Positions 1 to 11,231 of a stretch of 64,000 bases of DNA are shown here, in pieces (within the stretch, counting starts at the first letter, position 1; the number at the start of each line of letters is the position of its first letter). The position numbers and the translations under genes are program-made. A model generated the notes under the pieces. It had not been told where the DNA came from. It saw nothing but the letters and a program-made list of their open reading frames with translations, and did not search any database. This DNA comes from Aulosira sp. ZfuVER01 (lineage in GTDB: Bacteria; Cyanobacteriota; Cyanobacteriia; Cyanobacteriales; Nostocaceae): assembly GCA_034530615.2 (NCBI GenBank), contig JAVRCV020000032.1, positions 128,001 through 192,000 on the forward strand, in the 5' to 3' direction.

Positions 1-2
1 AA

Positions 3-1484
3 AATCTCAAAGCAAACACCACAGGCGGTAAATCTTTATTTAATAGCATTGCTTTATTGCTAGGCGGACAGGTAAAGCAAGTTTTTCACAAACGGCTTTT
101 ACCTACTTATGATGTATTTGACGAAAACCGCTATTTTGAACCGGGGTTACAAGCTAACTATTTCACCTTGGACGATCTCCATATTGGTGTGACTGTTTGC
201 GAAGACTTATGGAATGATGAGGAATTTTGGGGCAAACGCACTTATGCAGTTAACCCGATTGCGGATTTAGCTATTTTGGGTGTGGATTTGATTGTGAATT
301 TATCTGCCTCACCTTTCAGTGTCGGTAAGCAGAGATTTAGAGAACTCATGCTGAAGCATAGCGCCGTGCGTTTTCAACAGCCGATGATCTATGCTAACCA
401 AGTCGGTGGCAATGATGACTTGATATTTGATGGTTGCAGTTTCGCCTTAAGTCGTCAAGGTGAAATTGTCTCTCGTATCCGTGGTTTTGAAGCAGATCTG
501 GCAATAGTTGAATTTGACGAGAAACAACGAGATTTTAAATTAGGTAAAGTCGCACCTTTATATCTGTCTGAAGACGAAGAAATTTGGCAGGCTTTGGTTT
601 TAGGCGTGCGCGATTATGCCCGTAAGTGTGGCTTTTCTAAAGTAGTACTGGGTTTGAGTGGGGGGATTGATTCTTCACTAGTAGCTGCGATCGCTGTGGC
701 GGCACTTGGTAAAGAAAATGTCTTCGGTGTCTTGATGCCTTCTCCCTACAGTTCTGAACATTCCATCAGTGATGCTTTGGCATTAGGGGAAAATTTAGGT
801 ATAAAAACTACTATTTTACCAATTGCCGAACCCATGCAAACCTTCGATCGCGCTTTAGGTGAGTTGTTTGCTGGGACTGAGTTTGGCATCGCTGAAGAAA
901 ACCTGCAATCTCGGATTCGCGGTAACTTATTAATGGCGATCGCTAACAAATTCGGCTATCTGCTTTTATCAACTGGTAATAAATCAGAGATGGCAGTTGG
1001 TTACTGTACTCTGTATGGTGATATGAATGGCGGGTTAGCAGTAATTGCAGACGTTCCCAAAACCCGTGTTTATTCAATTTGCCATTGGTTAAACCGTAAG
1101 GGTGAAATGATTCCCCAAAATGTCCTCACCAAAGCACCCAGCGCTGAACTCAAACCAGGCCAAGTCGATCAAGATTCTCTCCCACCCTATGAGATTTTAG
1201 ATGACATCTTAGAACGCCTGATTCACAAACACCAATCAGCAGCCGAAATAGTCACCGCTGGACACGATCCAGTAATTGTAGACCGAGTCATCCAAATGCT
1301 TGCCCGTGCCGAATTCAAACGTCGACAAGCACCCCCAGGCTTAAAAATCACCGATCGCGCCTTTGGTACTGGTTGGCGGATGCCAATTGCTAGTAGCTGG
1401 GCTGCTTTAAAAAATGCCTCCCAATCTAAAACCATTCCTAGCTTAGTAGGTGGGGATGGCAAAGATGACAATCTGCGAATATAG
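3..1484 (+). CDS. nadE: Glutamine-dependent NAD+ synthetase (5' end lies before the window)
   Basis: CN-hydrolase motifs (KRLLPTYDVFDE, VCEDLW), SGGIDS PP-loop, TGNKSE, PSAEL; frame is open back to the window start. Confidence 0.95.
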   Translation, partial: NLKANTTGGKSLFNSIALLLGGQVKQVFHKRLLPTYDVFDENRYFEPGLQANYFTLDDLHIGVTVCEDLWNDEEFWGKRTYAVNPIADLAILGVDLIVNLSASPFSVGKQRFRELMLKHSAVRFQQPMIYANQVGGNDDLIFDGCSFALSRQGEIVSRIRGFEADLAIVEFDEKQRDFKLGKVAPLYLSEDEEIWQALVLGVRDYARKCGFSKVVLGLSGGIDSSLVAAIAVAALGKENVFGVLMPSPYSSEHSISDALALGENLGIKTTILPIAEPMQTFDRALGELFAGTEFGIAEENLQSRIRGNLLMAIANKFGYLLLSTGNKSEMAVGYCTLYGDMNGGLAVIADVPKTRVYSICHWLNRKGEMIPQNVLTKAPSAELKPGQVDQDSLPPYEILDDILERLIHKHQSAAEIVTAGHDPVIVDRVIQMLARAEFKRRQAPPGLKITDRAFGTGWRMPIASSWAALKNASQSKTIPSLVGGDGKDDNLRI

Positions 1485-1942
1485 TAGACATCTTGCAAAC
1501 ATCCGAATTCAAATACAAACAAACCACAGATAAATCAACGTTTATCTAGTCTATCTGTGGTTAATATCCAAAACTCCAACTTTTACAACAAGCCAAATAG
1601 TCATGCTAATAGACCATTGCATTAATTCGTAGCGAATAGACATTATTAATACTCTGCGTACCTCCGCGCCTTCCTCCTTATCCCTCTGCGTTTAAAAAAT
1701 TCATACCCTGATGCACAGCGATACCAACTTCAAACCTCATCTGATTATTATTTTTGCAGAGTGATTAAGTTGCATTAAACATAAATTATCTTTGCCCTCC
1801 TTTACATCTAACTTCAATTTATAAAAAGCAACCTCTTGTGAGACGTTGAGTACTGGCAAGTAGCATAATATTACATTTACAAAACAGCAGACACTGTGGC
1901 ATAAATATGACACTATAGAAGCAGTAAGACATTCTCAAACAC

Positions 1943-2209
1943 GTGAGTCAACCAGACCCAATCTTAGCGAAAATTCTAGCGGGGACTTCTGATACAGCAA
2001 TCCCTTTCGCTCAAATATGGCAACTTTTAATCAGACTAGGCTTTGATGAGCAAATTCGTGGCGGAAATTATATTTTTACCAAAAAAGGTATTGAAGAAAT
2101 ATTAAACATCCAACATAAAAAAGGCAAAGCTAAAGCCTATCAAGTGAAACTAGTGCGTGCAGTCATTCTCAAGTACCAGATAGGAATTAATAATGAACCT
2201 TCACTATGA
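1943..2209 (+). CDS. hicA: HicA family toxin (catalytic His apparently lost)
   Basis: 88 aa, LGF..IRGGNYIF..AKAYQVK pattern, overlaps hicB-like ORF. Confidence 0.8.
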   Translation: MSQPDPILAKILAGTSDTAIPFAQIWQLLIRLGFDEQIRGGNYIFTKKGIEEILNIQHKKGKAKAYQVKLVRAVILKYQIGINNEPSL

Positions 2210-2405
2210 AATAATTCTCTACTGGAGCGAAGAAGACCAAGCATTTATTGCTGAAGTTCCAGAACTACCGGGATGTGCTGCTGATGGGGAAACTTATCAA
2301 GCAGCACTGCAAAATATCCAAATTATTATGCAAGAATGGCTAGAAATTGCTCAAAGATTAGGGCGTCAAATTCCTGAACCTAAACAACACTCATTAACTA
2401 CCTAA
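2193..2405 (+). CDS. hicB: HicB family antitoxin (short form)
   Basis: YWSEEDQAFIAEVPELPGCAADGETY motif. Confidence 0.9.
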   Translation: MNLHYEIILYWSEEDQAFIAEVPELPGCAADGETYQAALQNIQIIMQEWLEIAQRLGRQIPEPKQHSLTT

Positions 2406-2545
2406 GTTAGGAAAACTCCGAGCAATTTACTGTAGGGTTGTCAATGCTATCCCTGTCTACTATGTTTCGTCTAATTATTTAATTTATCATCGCCTGATAT
2501 CTGCTTCAGACGATATATTAATGAGTGCTTGTATAACAGATACAG

Positions 2546-2854
2546 CTATTCATCTTTTTGATCAAATAATTCTAACAACCCAACTGTACCGACAAAAAAA
2601 GTATAAGTAGCATATTGTATTGGCATCTTATTTTTGGAAGGTGCATAAAAAGCTGCTATAAAAGCCTCAATTAAATGGCAGCTAACGGCAAAACGTTCAA
2701 TCCAAAAAATAGGATTCAGGCTGCTTGGTACTTGAATATTATTTGCTCCTGCATAAATATTCAATAATTCTAAGCCAATTGCACTGGCTATCAAAACTGT
2801 AGATATAACTTTTATAATAGGGGAAATTTTTTGCTTTATGTCCTTTAAATTCAT
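2546..2854 (-). CDS. Hypothetical membrane protein
   Basis: 102 aa with hydrophobic segments. Confidence 0.6.
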   Translation of the reverse strand: MNLKDIKQKISPIIKVISTVLIASAIGLELLNIYAGANNIQVPSSLNPIFWIERFAVSCHLIEAFIAAFYAPSKNKMPIQYATYTFFVGTVGLLELFDQKDE

Positions 2855-3094
2855 TTTTTCAACCGATTATTTTATAATAACTTATCTCAAGTAATAATTA
2901 CTAACATAAAGTTAGGCATATTTAGACCATTTCTAGGCAACTGCATTCTGTGGAATTTTAAGTGTTTTCTTTATATTTTTAAGCAGTAGTTAACTATAGA
3001 TTAGCTTAAAGAATTTTTATTTTCAAGATAGAGGACAACGCAGAGAGATCCAGAGTAATGGTGTAATATTTAAATTTGAGATGCAATGTGTGAC

Positions 3095-3370
3095 TTAGGC
3101 TTCAGCATCAAGATTTACTTTAGGACTAATGTTTAAGACATGAATAATTCTGTCTCTATCGTAAATAATATAAATTATACGATAATCAAGCACATAAATA
3201 CGCCATCCTTCAGTTTTAGCTATTCTTTGACAATTTAACGGTCTGGGGTTTTCAGCAAGATTCCAAATCTGATCGATAACTAGTCGGTAATTGTAAGGCT
3301 GACAATTGTGTAAATGTCTCAACTGTTCAAGAGCAGGGCATTCTTTGATAAAAATTTGATACAATTTCAA
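3095..3370 (-). CDS. RelE/ParE family toxin
   Basis: LAENPRP...GWRIYVLDYRIIY...IHVLNI; 4-nt overlap with upstream ORF. Confidence 0.75.
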   Translation of the reverse strand: MKLYQIFIKECPALEQLRHLHNCQPYNYRLVIDQIWNLAENPRPLNCQRIAKTEGWRIYVLDYRIIYIIYDRDRIIHVLNISPKVNLDAEA

Positions 3371-4185
3371 CGCTCCTGTTCAATTTTGGCAAGTGCTTGC
3401 TTAAGCGGAATAGCCTTACCTTCAAAAGTCTGGGTAGCTTTAAAGGCACGAATAGATTCTTCTTCATCCTTATCCATAACTGCTCGCTCAAAAGGAATAG
3501 CCTCAGATATATACGTCTGAGCAGCTAAATAGGCACGAAGAGATTCTGATTCTTCTAAAATTATTTCACGCTTTTTTTTCAGAATTGGTGTTTTGTGTTG
3601 CAAAAAACCTTCAAGCTGAATTGCACTGCAACCCATGTCAAAGGCAAACTCAATAGGAGAACCTCCACCTAATTGGGGTTCGTAAAATCCTAGTGTTTCA
3701 TAAAACCCAGTAGCAAATGTGATTGCAGCACTGTCCCCTATTGAATTATTCATGCCTATTACATAATCAATATGTTGGACAATTGCCTCTGCTTGAAATT
3801 CAGAGTAACAGGCATTCAGCAACACACATTCTATTTGCTTAGAAAACAGACCAAAAAGTCCAGCCAGCGCTTCTCCTGTTACTAGTTTTCCTTTTCCAAT
3901 TTCATGCTCAAACAATAATCCTTGTTTCCCTAGGCCATGTCCACAAAAATGGACAATGTGTGGTTGATACTGTAACAATGCTCGACGAATATCTTTTGGA
4001 CGTACGGCAGAATAAGGCTGGAGTAAAAAATTATCGCGATGTTTAGACCCTCGCAAAGCTTCTTCAATCTCACGCACTTCTTCACCCAAACGTAGGCGTG
4101 CTGTTTGGCTGGGATTTGCTGGTAGAACCAAGATCGTTTTTTTCACGTAATTAAACATTAAAAATGTGAATATCAGCGCATTCAC
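3367..4185 (-). CDS. CHAT (caspase-like) domain protein with C-terminal antitoxin-like tail
   Basis: ANP..LRL.EEVREI, VHFCGHG, LLNACYS (His-Cys dyad); tail has two E..RA..A....AIP...A motifs. Confidence 0.75.
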   Translation of the reverse strand: MNALIFTFLMFNYVKKTILVLPANPSQTARLRLGEEVREIEEALRGSKHRDNFLLQPYSAVRPKDIRRALLQYQPHIVHFCGHGLGKQGLLFEHEIGKGKLVTGEALAGLFGLFSKQIECVLLNACYSEFQAEAIVQHIDYVIGMNNSIGDSAAITFATGFYETLGFYEPQLGGGSPIEFAFDMGCSAIQLEGFLQHKTPILKKKREIILEESESLRAYLAAQTYISEAIPFERAVMDKDEEESIRAFKATQTFEGKAIPLKQALAKIEQER

Positions 4186-4383
4186 ACTTTTTTACCACTC
4201 TCACCAAATAAAAATCTGTAATCCTTGTTTCAAAGGAATTTTTGCAATATCAAAACTGTTAACGATTAATATCAGCACATACCAGATACACAAAGAATTA
4301 CTACTCTGATTTTCAGAGTATGAGTGTGTGTTTTTTTATAACTTAAGAGTGATTTAAATAGGATGGAATATAAACCTACTTTC

Positions 4384-5391
4384 TCATCCCAGACCTAGTA
4401 AATCTGCACGAGGTTTAAAGGTTTCAATTTGGCGGATTTTTTCGTATAGTTCTTGTTCTTCCGGACTAATAGTTTTTGGCGTAACTATTTGAATTTCCAC
4501 CAACTGATCGCCACGTTTACCACTGTCATTAGGGTAGCCTTTATTTGCTAACCGAAATCTTTGACCAGATCTAACTCCTGGGGGAATGGTCATTTTCACA
4601 GGGCCATCAAGAGTTGGTGCTTCTACCTGTCCTCCCAAGACAGCTTCACTGGGAGTTACGGGTATCTGGCAAAATATATTAGAACCGTCTAGTTTAAATA
4701 AGTGATGTGGCTCGACGGTAATTTTTAAGTATAAGTCACCGCCGCCAATGCCTTGGTCACGTAGTCGGATAGTTTGACCTGTGACCATACCAGCAGGCAT
4801 AGTTACTTCTAGCGATCGCCCATCTTCCAGGCGAATGCGTTCGTTACCACCTACATAAGCTTTTTCTAATGGTAGCGTCAATCTGGCTTCTATATCCCGA
4901 CGGGCGGGACGTGGTTGGCTTTTGGGTACTGTGTACTCTACTCTGCTTTTAGGGGAACGGAACGGATCGCTATTTGTGCTGCTAGTTGAACCATTTCTGG
5001 TGTCTTTACGACCAACACCAACACCGATTACTTGATTAATAAAACTTTCAAAATCTGCAAATTGGCTAGGATCTACTTCTTGAGTGCTGTTGCGGTTGTT
5101 AGCACGATTATCCCAAGCTTTACCTTTTGGCGTCTGTTTGTTGGCAAAGCCTTTTTGCTTCCAGTAGCGGCTAAATTGGTCATACTGCGATCGCTTGGCT
5201 GGATCGGAAAGGACTTCATAAGCCTCACCAACAACCTTAAATTTTTCCTCTGCTGCTTTGTTTCCAGGATTCAGGTCAGGGTGATACTGTCGTGCTAAAC
5301 GCCGATAAACCTTTTTAATTTCCTCGCTTGAGGCTTCTTTAGGTACTCCTAAAATTTCGTAGTAATCGCGAAAATTCTGCAAATTTTGCAT
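4384..5391 (-). CDS. dnaJ: DnaJ-class chaperone (CbpA-like, no Zn finger)
   Basis: [11 protein letters not shown] motif, DnaJ C-terminal domain; follows dnaK. Confidence 0.92.
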   Translation of the reverse strand: MQNLQNFRDYYEILGVPKEASSEEIKKVYRRLARQYHPDLNPGNKAAEEKFKVVGEAYEVLSDPAKRSQYDQFSRYWKQKGFANKQTPKGKAWDNRANNRNSTQEVDPSQFADFESFINQVIGVGVGRKDTRNGSTSSTNSDPFRSPKSRVEYTVPKSQPRPARRDIEARLTLPLEKAYVGGNERIRLEDGRSLEVTMPAGMVTGQTIRLRDQGIGGGDLYLKITVEPHHLFKLDGSNIFCQIPVTPSEAVLGGQVEAPTLDGPVKMTIPPGVRSGQRFRLANKGYPNDSGKRGDQLVEIQIVTPKTISPEEQELYEKIRQIETFKPRADLLGLG

Positions 5392-5562
5392 AGTTCAGTT
5401 ATTCAACTTTAAATTTTAGATTTGAGATTTTGGTAATAGGTAATGGATTCTGTCAGTTGTCAGCTAATAACAAATTACCAATTACCAATAACCAAATCCG
5501 AATTTTGAAGCAATTTCACTCGCTTTTCTGGAATACTCAATCCATACGGTAGCTCAGGAGTA

Positions 5563-7824
5563 CTACAACCAATCATCATCATCGTCATCCCAGTTGTCCT
5601 GGTAGCTTGGACGAGGTGGTTTGCGAGAAGACCGATTATCAGAGGAGGAGGAACGATTATCTCTGCCAAAGTCTCTGTTAGAGTCTCTGGTAGAATCCCT
5701 GCCATAATCCCTGTTAGAGTCCCTGCCATAGTCCCTTGTAGAGTCTCTACCATAATCTCTGGTAGAATCCCTGCCATAATCCCTGTTGGCGTCCCTGCCG
5801 TAGTCCCTGGTAGAATCCCTGCCATAATCCCTGTTTGAGTCCCTGCCATAGTCTCTGGTAGAATCCCTGCCATAATCCCTGTTGGAGTCTCTGCCAAAGG
5901 AATCACGATCCCAGTATGAATCTTTGGGATAATCGCGTTCTCGTTCTTTGTCGCCACCAGTAAAGATGTCGCGAATCGTACCAAATAAGTCGTCGTCTTC
6001 GTCCTCAGCATAATACTGACGAACTTCCCGGTTTAGCTCATACAAAGCATCTTGCAGGTCGGCGTAAGATTGGTCAATGCCGCGATCGTCATTGTCTTTT
6101 AAAGCGTCCTTCAGTTCCCGACAGATGTTGTCAATGCGTTGGCGGCGGGTGCGGGCAAACTGCATCCCAAACTCTAACGCTACTTCTCTAAGTTGTCGTT
6201 CGGCTTGGCCAATCAACCCTTCAGAACGAGTCCGCTTTTCTACTCGTTCTTTGCGTTCCCGGTCGATATCAGCATATTTTTGAGCATCCTGAATCATCCG
6301 GTTTACTTCTGACTCACTCAACGTAGAAGCACCTTGGATGGTTATACTTTGCTCTCTACCAGTGGTTCTATCCAGGGCTGTTACTTGTAAAATCCCGTTA
6401 GCATCAATATCAAATGACACCTGAATTTGGGGAATACCTCTCGGCGCTGGGGGTATGCCATACAACTTGAAACGTCCTAAAGACTTGTTATTTGTTGCCA
6501 TTTCCCGTTCGCCCTGAACTACGTGGATTTCCACAGTATTCTGGTTATTTTCTGATGTGGAGAAGATATCAGAACGGCGTACTGGGATGGTGGTATTGCG
6601 GGGAATCAATTTTTTCATGACACCCCCGATGGTTTCCAAGCCTACAGATAGGGGTGTTACATCCAAAAGCAGCACATCTTTGAGTTCGCCTGCCAGAATA
6701 CCAGCTTGAATTGCTGCGCCTACTGCTACTACTTCATCGGGGTTGACGTTTTCATTGGGTTCTATGCCAATTAGGTCACGCACTAACTGCTTAACCATTG
6801 GAATTCGGGTGGAACCACCTACTAACACCACTTCTTCAATGTCTGTAGGTGAGAGTCCAGAATCTTTTAATGCTCGTTTGACTGGAGTCCGCAACCTTCC
6901 TACTAAATCACCGCACAAATCCTCAAATTGGGAACGAGTGATGCGAGTTTCTAGATGTTTGGGGCCATCCTCAGTCGCGGTGATAAAAGGTAAATTAATA
7001 TCGGTAACGCTGACAGCAGAAAGTTCGATTTTGGCTTTTTCCGCAGCTTCCATCAGACGTTGTAAAGCTTGGCGATCGCGTCTTAAGTCTACACCTTCTG
7101 CTTCTAAAAATTGCTCTGCTAACCAATCTACAATTTTTCTGTCAAAATCATTACCACCAAGCTGAGTATCTCCACTAGTAGCTTTAACTTCAAAAACTCC
7201 ATCACCAACTTCTAGAATCGACACGTCAAAGGTACCGCCACCTAAATCGAATACTAAGATAGTTTCCGTACTACCACGATCCAATCCGTAAGCTAAAGAA
7301 GCGGCGGTAGGTTCATTGAGAATCCGTAAAACATCTAAACCAGCAATTCTGCCAGCATCGCGAGTGGCTTGCCGCTGAGAATCATTAAAATAAGCAGGAA
7401 CCGTAATTACTGCGCCGGTTACTGTTTCGCCCAAGTAGGTGCTGGCATCATCTGCCAATTTCTTCAGCACCATTGCCGAAACTTCTTCGGCGGCAAATTC
7501 CTTATTCAACCGGGGACAAGCAATCTTAATATTACCAACTTCGTCTTTGCGGATAGTATAGGGTACACGCTTTGATTCTGGACTCAGCTCGCTATACCTG
7601 CGCCCAATAAAGCGTTTCACCGCAAAAAAAGTATTTTGGGGATTCAGGACAGTTTGTCGCCGTGCCATTTGTCCCACTACCCTTTCGCCTTCTTTACTAA
7701 AGCCAACAACGGAGGGGGTTGTGCGCATTCCTTCTGCATTGGCAATCACCACCGGCTTGCCACCCTCCATCACGGCGACTACTGAGTTGGTTGTACCCAA
7801 GTCGATGCCGACTACCTTGCCCAT
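5563..7824 (-). CDS. dnaK: Hsp70 chaperone DnaK paralog with repetitive C-tail
   Basis: [27 protein letters not shown]. Confidence 0.97.
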   Translation of the reverse strand: MGKVVGIDLGTTNSVVAVMEGGKPVVIANAEGMRTTPSVVGFSKEGERVVGQMARRQTVLNPQNTFFAVKRFIGRRYSELSPESKRVPYTIRKDEVGNIKIACPRLNKEFAAEEVSAMVLKKLADDASTYLGETVTGAVITVPAYFNDSQRQATRDAGRIAGLDVLRILNEPTAASLAYGLDRGSTETILVFDLGGGTFDVSILEVGDGVFEVKATSGDTQLGGNDFDRKIVDWLAEQFLEAEGVDLRRDRQALQRLMEAAEKAKIELSAVSVTDINLPFITATEDGPKHLETRITRSQFEDLCGDLVGRLRTPVKRALKDSGLSPTDIEEVVLVGGSTRIPMVKQLVRDLIGIEPNENVNPDEVVAVGAAIQAGILAGELKDVLLLDVTPLSVGLETIGGVMKKLIPRNTTIPVRRSDIFSTSENNQNTVEIHVVQGEREMATNNKSLGRFKLYGIPPAPRGIPQIQVSFDIDANGILQVTALDRTTGREQSITIQGASTLSESEVNRMIQDAQKYADIDRERKERVEKRTRSEGLIGQAERQLREVALEFGMQFARTRRQRIDNICRELKDALKDNDDRGIDQSYADLQDALYELNREVRQYYAEDEDDDLFGTIRDIFTGGDKERERDYPKDSYWDRDSFGRDSNRDYGRDSTRDYGRDSNRDYGRDSTRDYGRDANRDYGRDSTRDYGRDSTRDYGRDSNRDYGRDSTRDSNRDFGRDNRSSSSDNRSSRKPPRPSYQDNWDDDDDDWL
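5660..5900 (-). repeat. 24-bp coding tandem repeat (RDYGRDS[N/T]) in dnaK tail
   Basis: About nine imperfect units such as GTAGAATCCCTGCCATAATCCCTG on the + strand. Confidence 0.9.
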
Positions 7825-8129
7825 GCGTTACTCTTCTCCTAAATGTGTCTTACTATTACTATATTTATTATGATTGGGCGAGACTGCTTCTAGCTTTTTG
7901 CTCTGGGATGAAAACCCCTCAACGGTATAATAGTCATTATTAGGTGAGGTTTTAGCGAAAGAAGCTAGTTGCAAGACTAGGATAACATTGAGGATGGTTG
8001 GTGTGTCCAAAGACTATCCATACCTGTTTTCCAAAGATTTTACTGGTTAATAGTCAAAAGTCATTTCTCTCCCTCATCTCCTCCTCCCCTCCTGTCTGCA
8101 AACTTTGATATTGCGACTATATTTAAACA

Positions 8130-8975
8130 TTGAATTTAAAAGAACGATTACAAACTCACCTGACAGAAGTAGCCAGAGAACGCGATCCTTACATGGCGAC
8201 AGCGGGACATTTTTTTGTCCAAGAATATATTCGTCAGCAATTTGCCCAATGGGGAAGTGTGGAAATCCACACCTTTGAAGTCAGGGGCAAAACCTGCCAG
8301 AATCTCATACTAAATTTACCTGTTGAAGCTCGGCAAAAACGGAAGTTGCCACCGATTTTAATTGCTGCTCACTATGATGGTGTACCGGGAACAGTAGCAG
8401 CTGATGATAATGCTACAGGTGTGGCGGTTTTATTGGAATTGGCAAGGAAGTTTGCAGATGAACCAGCCAGATATCCTTTAAGACTGGTTGCGTTTGATAT
8501 GGAAGAATATGGCTTGCTGGGTAGTGCTGACTATGCAGCTTTGTTACGCCAGCAAAAGCAACCATTACGCTTGATGTTGTCTTTAGAAATGCTGGGTTAT
8601 AAAGATTCTACGCCTGGTAGCCAAAGTTACCCACCGCCCCTGGAACGCTTTTATCCAAATTGCGGTGATTTTATTGGTTTAATTGGTAATCTGCGCACAA
8701 TACCTGACTTAGTTAGCATGAGTCGGAGTATTCGCAAAGTGGGTGTAGCTAGTCAATGGCTACCCGTACCGAATCGGGGTTTAATTCTACCGCAAACTCG
8801 ACTAAGCGATCATGCACCATTTTGGGATGCAGGCTATCCCGCAATTATGGTTACAGATACATCATTCTTACGCAACCCACATTATCACAAGCCCAGCGAT
8901 ACTATTGCTAGCTTAGATTTAGATTTTCTCACAGGGGTATGTGAAGGGTTAGAAATTGCAATTAGGCAGTTATGA
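8130..8975 (+). CDS. M28 family metallopeptidase
   Basis: AHYD, ADDNATG, DMEE, SDH, YH motifs. Confidence 0.9.
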   Translation: MNLKERLQTHLTEVARERDPYMATAGHFFVQEYIRQQFAQWGSVEIHTFEVRGKTCQNLILNLPVEARQKRKLPPILIAAHYDGVPGTVAADDNATGVAVLLELARKFADEPARYPLRLVAFDMEEYGLLGSADYAALLRQQKQPLRLMLSLEMLGYKDSTPGSQSYPPPLERFYPNCGDFIGLIGNLRTIPDLVSMSRSIRKVGVASQWLPVPNRGLILPQTRLSDHAPFWDAGYPAIMVTDTSFLRNPHYHKPSDTIASLDLDFLTGVCEGLEIAIRQL

Positions 8976-8984
8976 ACAGTCAGC

Positions 8985-9917
8985 CTAGTTGCCAACGCTG
9001 AAATCTTCGGTATTAGTTAAATTGTCACGACGCCGCACATTTGGAGTTAGGCTAATCAAATCTTCGATATTGCGCTTCATTGTATTGCAAATTGTATCTA
9101 AGGGTAAGTCGTTGGCATCATAACCAAAAGGGTTTTCTATTTCTAAGCCAATCGCTTCAATACCAAATAAAGTAAAACTCACTAAAGCCGTAATTACACC
9201 CGTCCACCAGCCTAGACTATCTACCATTTGAAAAGGTAGTAAGAGGCAATAAAGTAGTAAAAGTTGCTTCAGATGAATAGCATAAGCAAGTGGCATGGGT
9301 GTTCTTAAAATTCGCTCGCAAATTCCTAAATTATCTACCAGATTATTCAATAACTCTTGCATAGATGTTAATTGATAGCTATTTAAGCAATTGCGATTAT
9401 ATTGCCGTTGTAGGTAATCTCCAATCCAAAAAGCCACCTCTATCGGAGGATTATTCATAATCTTCAGTTCTAAATACATCGAAGGTGGCATTAATTCTTG
9501 TAACTCACGATTTACAGACTCGCCCCGTAAATGCAATTTAGTTGCTACAGCAAAAGCCACTAATAGATGTAATGCTGTAATTTTATCTTTTCTATCCTCT
9601 GGGGAAACTTCATCAACACTCACCCAGATTTGCCGCGCCAGGTTCCGGACAGTATTGACTATAGAACCCCAGCTTTTTCTACCTTCCCAAAAACGCTCAT
9701 AAGCTGTATTTGTACGGAAGACAAGTAATAAACCTAAAACAATACTAGGAATCACACTGCCTAAAATAGGCTGGGAAACAGGCAATTTAAAATAGTGAAG
9801 TATCGAAACAACAGTACCGAAAATCCCACACCCTAGCACATTTTTAGCAATTGCTTTGAGAACTGAACCTTTTAGCTGTAACACTATTGGAACCCGTTGT
9901 TCTTTGTCAGTTGTCAT
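8985..9917 (-). CDS. Bestrophin family ion channel
   Basis: LLVFRTNTAYERFWEGR, IENPFG.D.NDLPL. Confidence 0.92.
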   Translation of the reverse strand: MTTDKEQRVPIVLQLKGSVLKAIAKNVLGCGIFGTVVSILHYFKLPVSQPILGSVIPSIVLGLLLVFRTNTAYERFWEGRKSWGSIVNTVRNLARQIWVSVDEVSPEDRKDKITALHLLVAFAVATKLHLRGESVNRELQELMPPSMYLELKIMNNPPIEVAFWIGDYLQRQYNRNCLNSYQLTSMQELLNNLVDNLGICERILRTPMPLAYAIHLKQLLLLYCLLLPFQMVDSLGWWTGVITALVSFTLFGIEAIGLEIENPFGYDANDLPLDTICNTMKRNIEDLISLTPNVRRRDNLTNTEDFSVGN

Positions 9918-10243
9918 GCAATTTACCTAGATAACCAATAAGGTGTGCGAATGATATTTTAAAAATAATAACTCTAGGCGTAGCACAATTGACAACAATG
10001 ATTCTATAGGATGATACCTACAGCCAGAACTTTTTACTAGTTTTTTGGCGATAAATCTCTACTAATTCTCCTCTGCTGGAGGATGTTCGCCCATAAAATC
10101 CAACACGTGACGCAAATTAACTACATCCTCTCGATTTAATCATAGTGTTTCTATTTAAAGTAGGTTTTATGTCTCTTGACTGATAAATTAGCCTGCCGCA
10201 GTCAACATAATGGGCAGAGATAAAACAGTAGCAAGGACAAATC

Positions 10244-10459
10244 ATGACTGAAAAGTTAAACAAAGGCGACAAGGTGAAGTGGAATACAGCCCAAGGCGAA
10301 ACCACTGGCGAGGTGGAAAAAAAATTGACTTCACCTACAGATATCAAAGGCCATCATGTCGCTGCTTCAAAAGACAATCCCCAATACTTAGTCAAAAGCG
10401 ACAAAACAGGGAAAGAAGCTGCTCATAAACCTGATGCTTTGGAGAATATTGAGGAGTAG
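10244..10459 (+). CDS. DUF2945 (Hva1-like Tudor) protein
   Basis: GDKVKW...G.V......PQYLVKSDKTGKEAAHKP. Confidence 0.8.
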   Translation: MTEKLNKGDKVKWNTAQGETTGEVEKKLTSPTDIKGHHVAASKDNPQYLVKSDKTGKEAAHKPDALENIEE

Positions 10460-10468
10460 TTTGTCTTT

Positions 10469-10807
10469 ATGAGTAAAGATGTCAAATCAGTAATAGATGA
10501 GTTTTATTCCTCAGTCAACATGACACCCAAGGAACTAGAATCTTGGTTGAAGACAGAAGAATCGCAATCGGTAGGACAAAAAAAGAACGACGATGAGTCA
10601 ATCGGGCATAAATCCGGTAAGCGGATCGTAGAAATGTTGCATAAGGAAAAAGATGACTACACTGATGATGATTTATCGCAGATGAAAAAAGTCGTCAGCT
10701 ATATCCATCGTCACTCAGCGCAGCCGCCGGAAGGTGATGTAGAAAATACGCGCTGGCGTTATTCATTAATGAATTGGGGATACGATCCTTTGAAAGTTAC
10801 AAGTTAA
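10469..10807 (+). CDS. DUF3140 protein
   Basis: VNMTPKELESWL...WRYSLMNWGYDP. Confidence 0.85.
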   Translation: MSKDVKSVIDEFYSSVNMTPKELESWLKTEESQSVGQKKNDDESIGHKSGKRIVEMLHKEKDDYTDDDLSQMKKVVSYIHRHSAQPPEGDVENTRWRYSLMNWGYDPLKVTS

Positions 10808-10847
10808 CACGGAGGAGTTGTTTTAACTCCTCACTCGTAGCTATAGT

Positions 10848-11231
10848 TCAGCCAAACCAGTGAGATGGTTCCAAACCAGGTTGAACTTTTTCACAAAGAT
10901 GATGGCTAATCCAATCTGACTTTTCTTGGAATATTGAGTAAATACCTTGATGAATCAAATTTTGGACATGGAGTTGTTGTTCTAAAGGACTACGAGGTAG
11001 CTTGTAGTTTAGCAAGCATTCTTTTTCTACCTCACCATAGGGAAGCCCTTCAGACATAGGGTAAAAAAGGCAAGGAATACGGCTAAGAACAAAAGCAATT
11101 AACTCTTGGCGCAAGTCAGGAATGGCAAAAGCTTGTTGGTAAGGCTGGTATGGATATGTATCCAATACACTTTCAATTTCTCCTAAAACGGATTGTTGTG
11201 TTAAATTAACTACCGTTTTCATAAATTTCAT
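10848..11231 (-). CDS. ComFB family protein
   Basis: YPYQQAFAIPDLRQELIAFVLSR; C-terminal EPSHWFG. Confidence 0.75.
   Translation of the reverse strand: MKFMKTVVNLTQQSVLGEIESVLDTYPYQPYQQAFAIPDLRQELIAFVLSRIPCLFYPMSEGLPYGEVEKECLLNYKLPRSPLEQQLHVQNLIHQGIYSIFQEKSDWISHHLCEKVQPGLEPSHWFG

Noticed and set aside
5475..6011. 178-aa ORF overlapping the dnaK 3' end
   Set aside because: Alternative frame kept open by the 24-bp repeat
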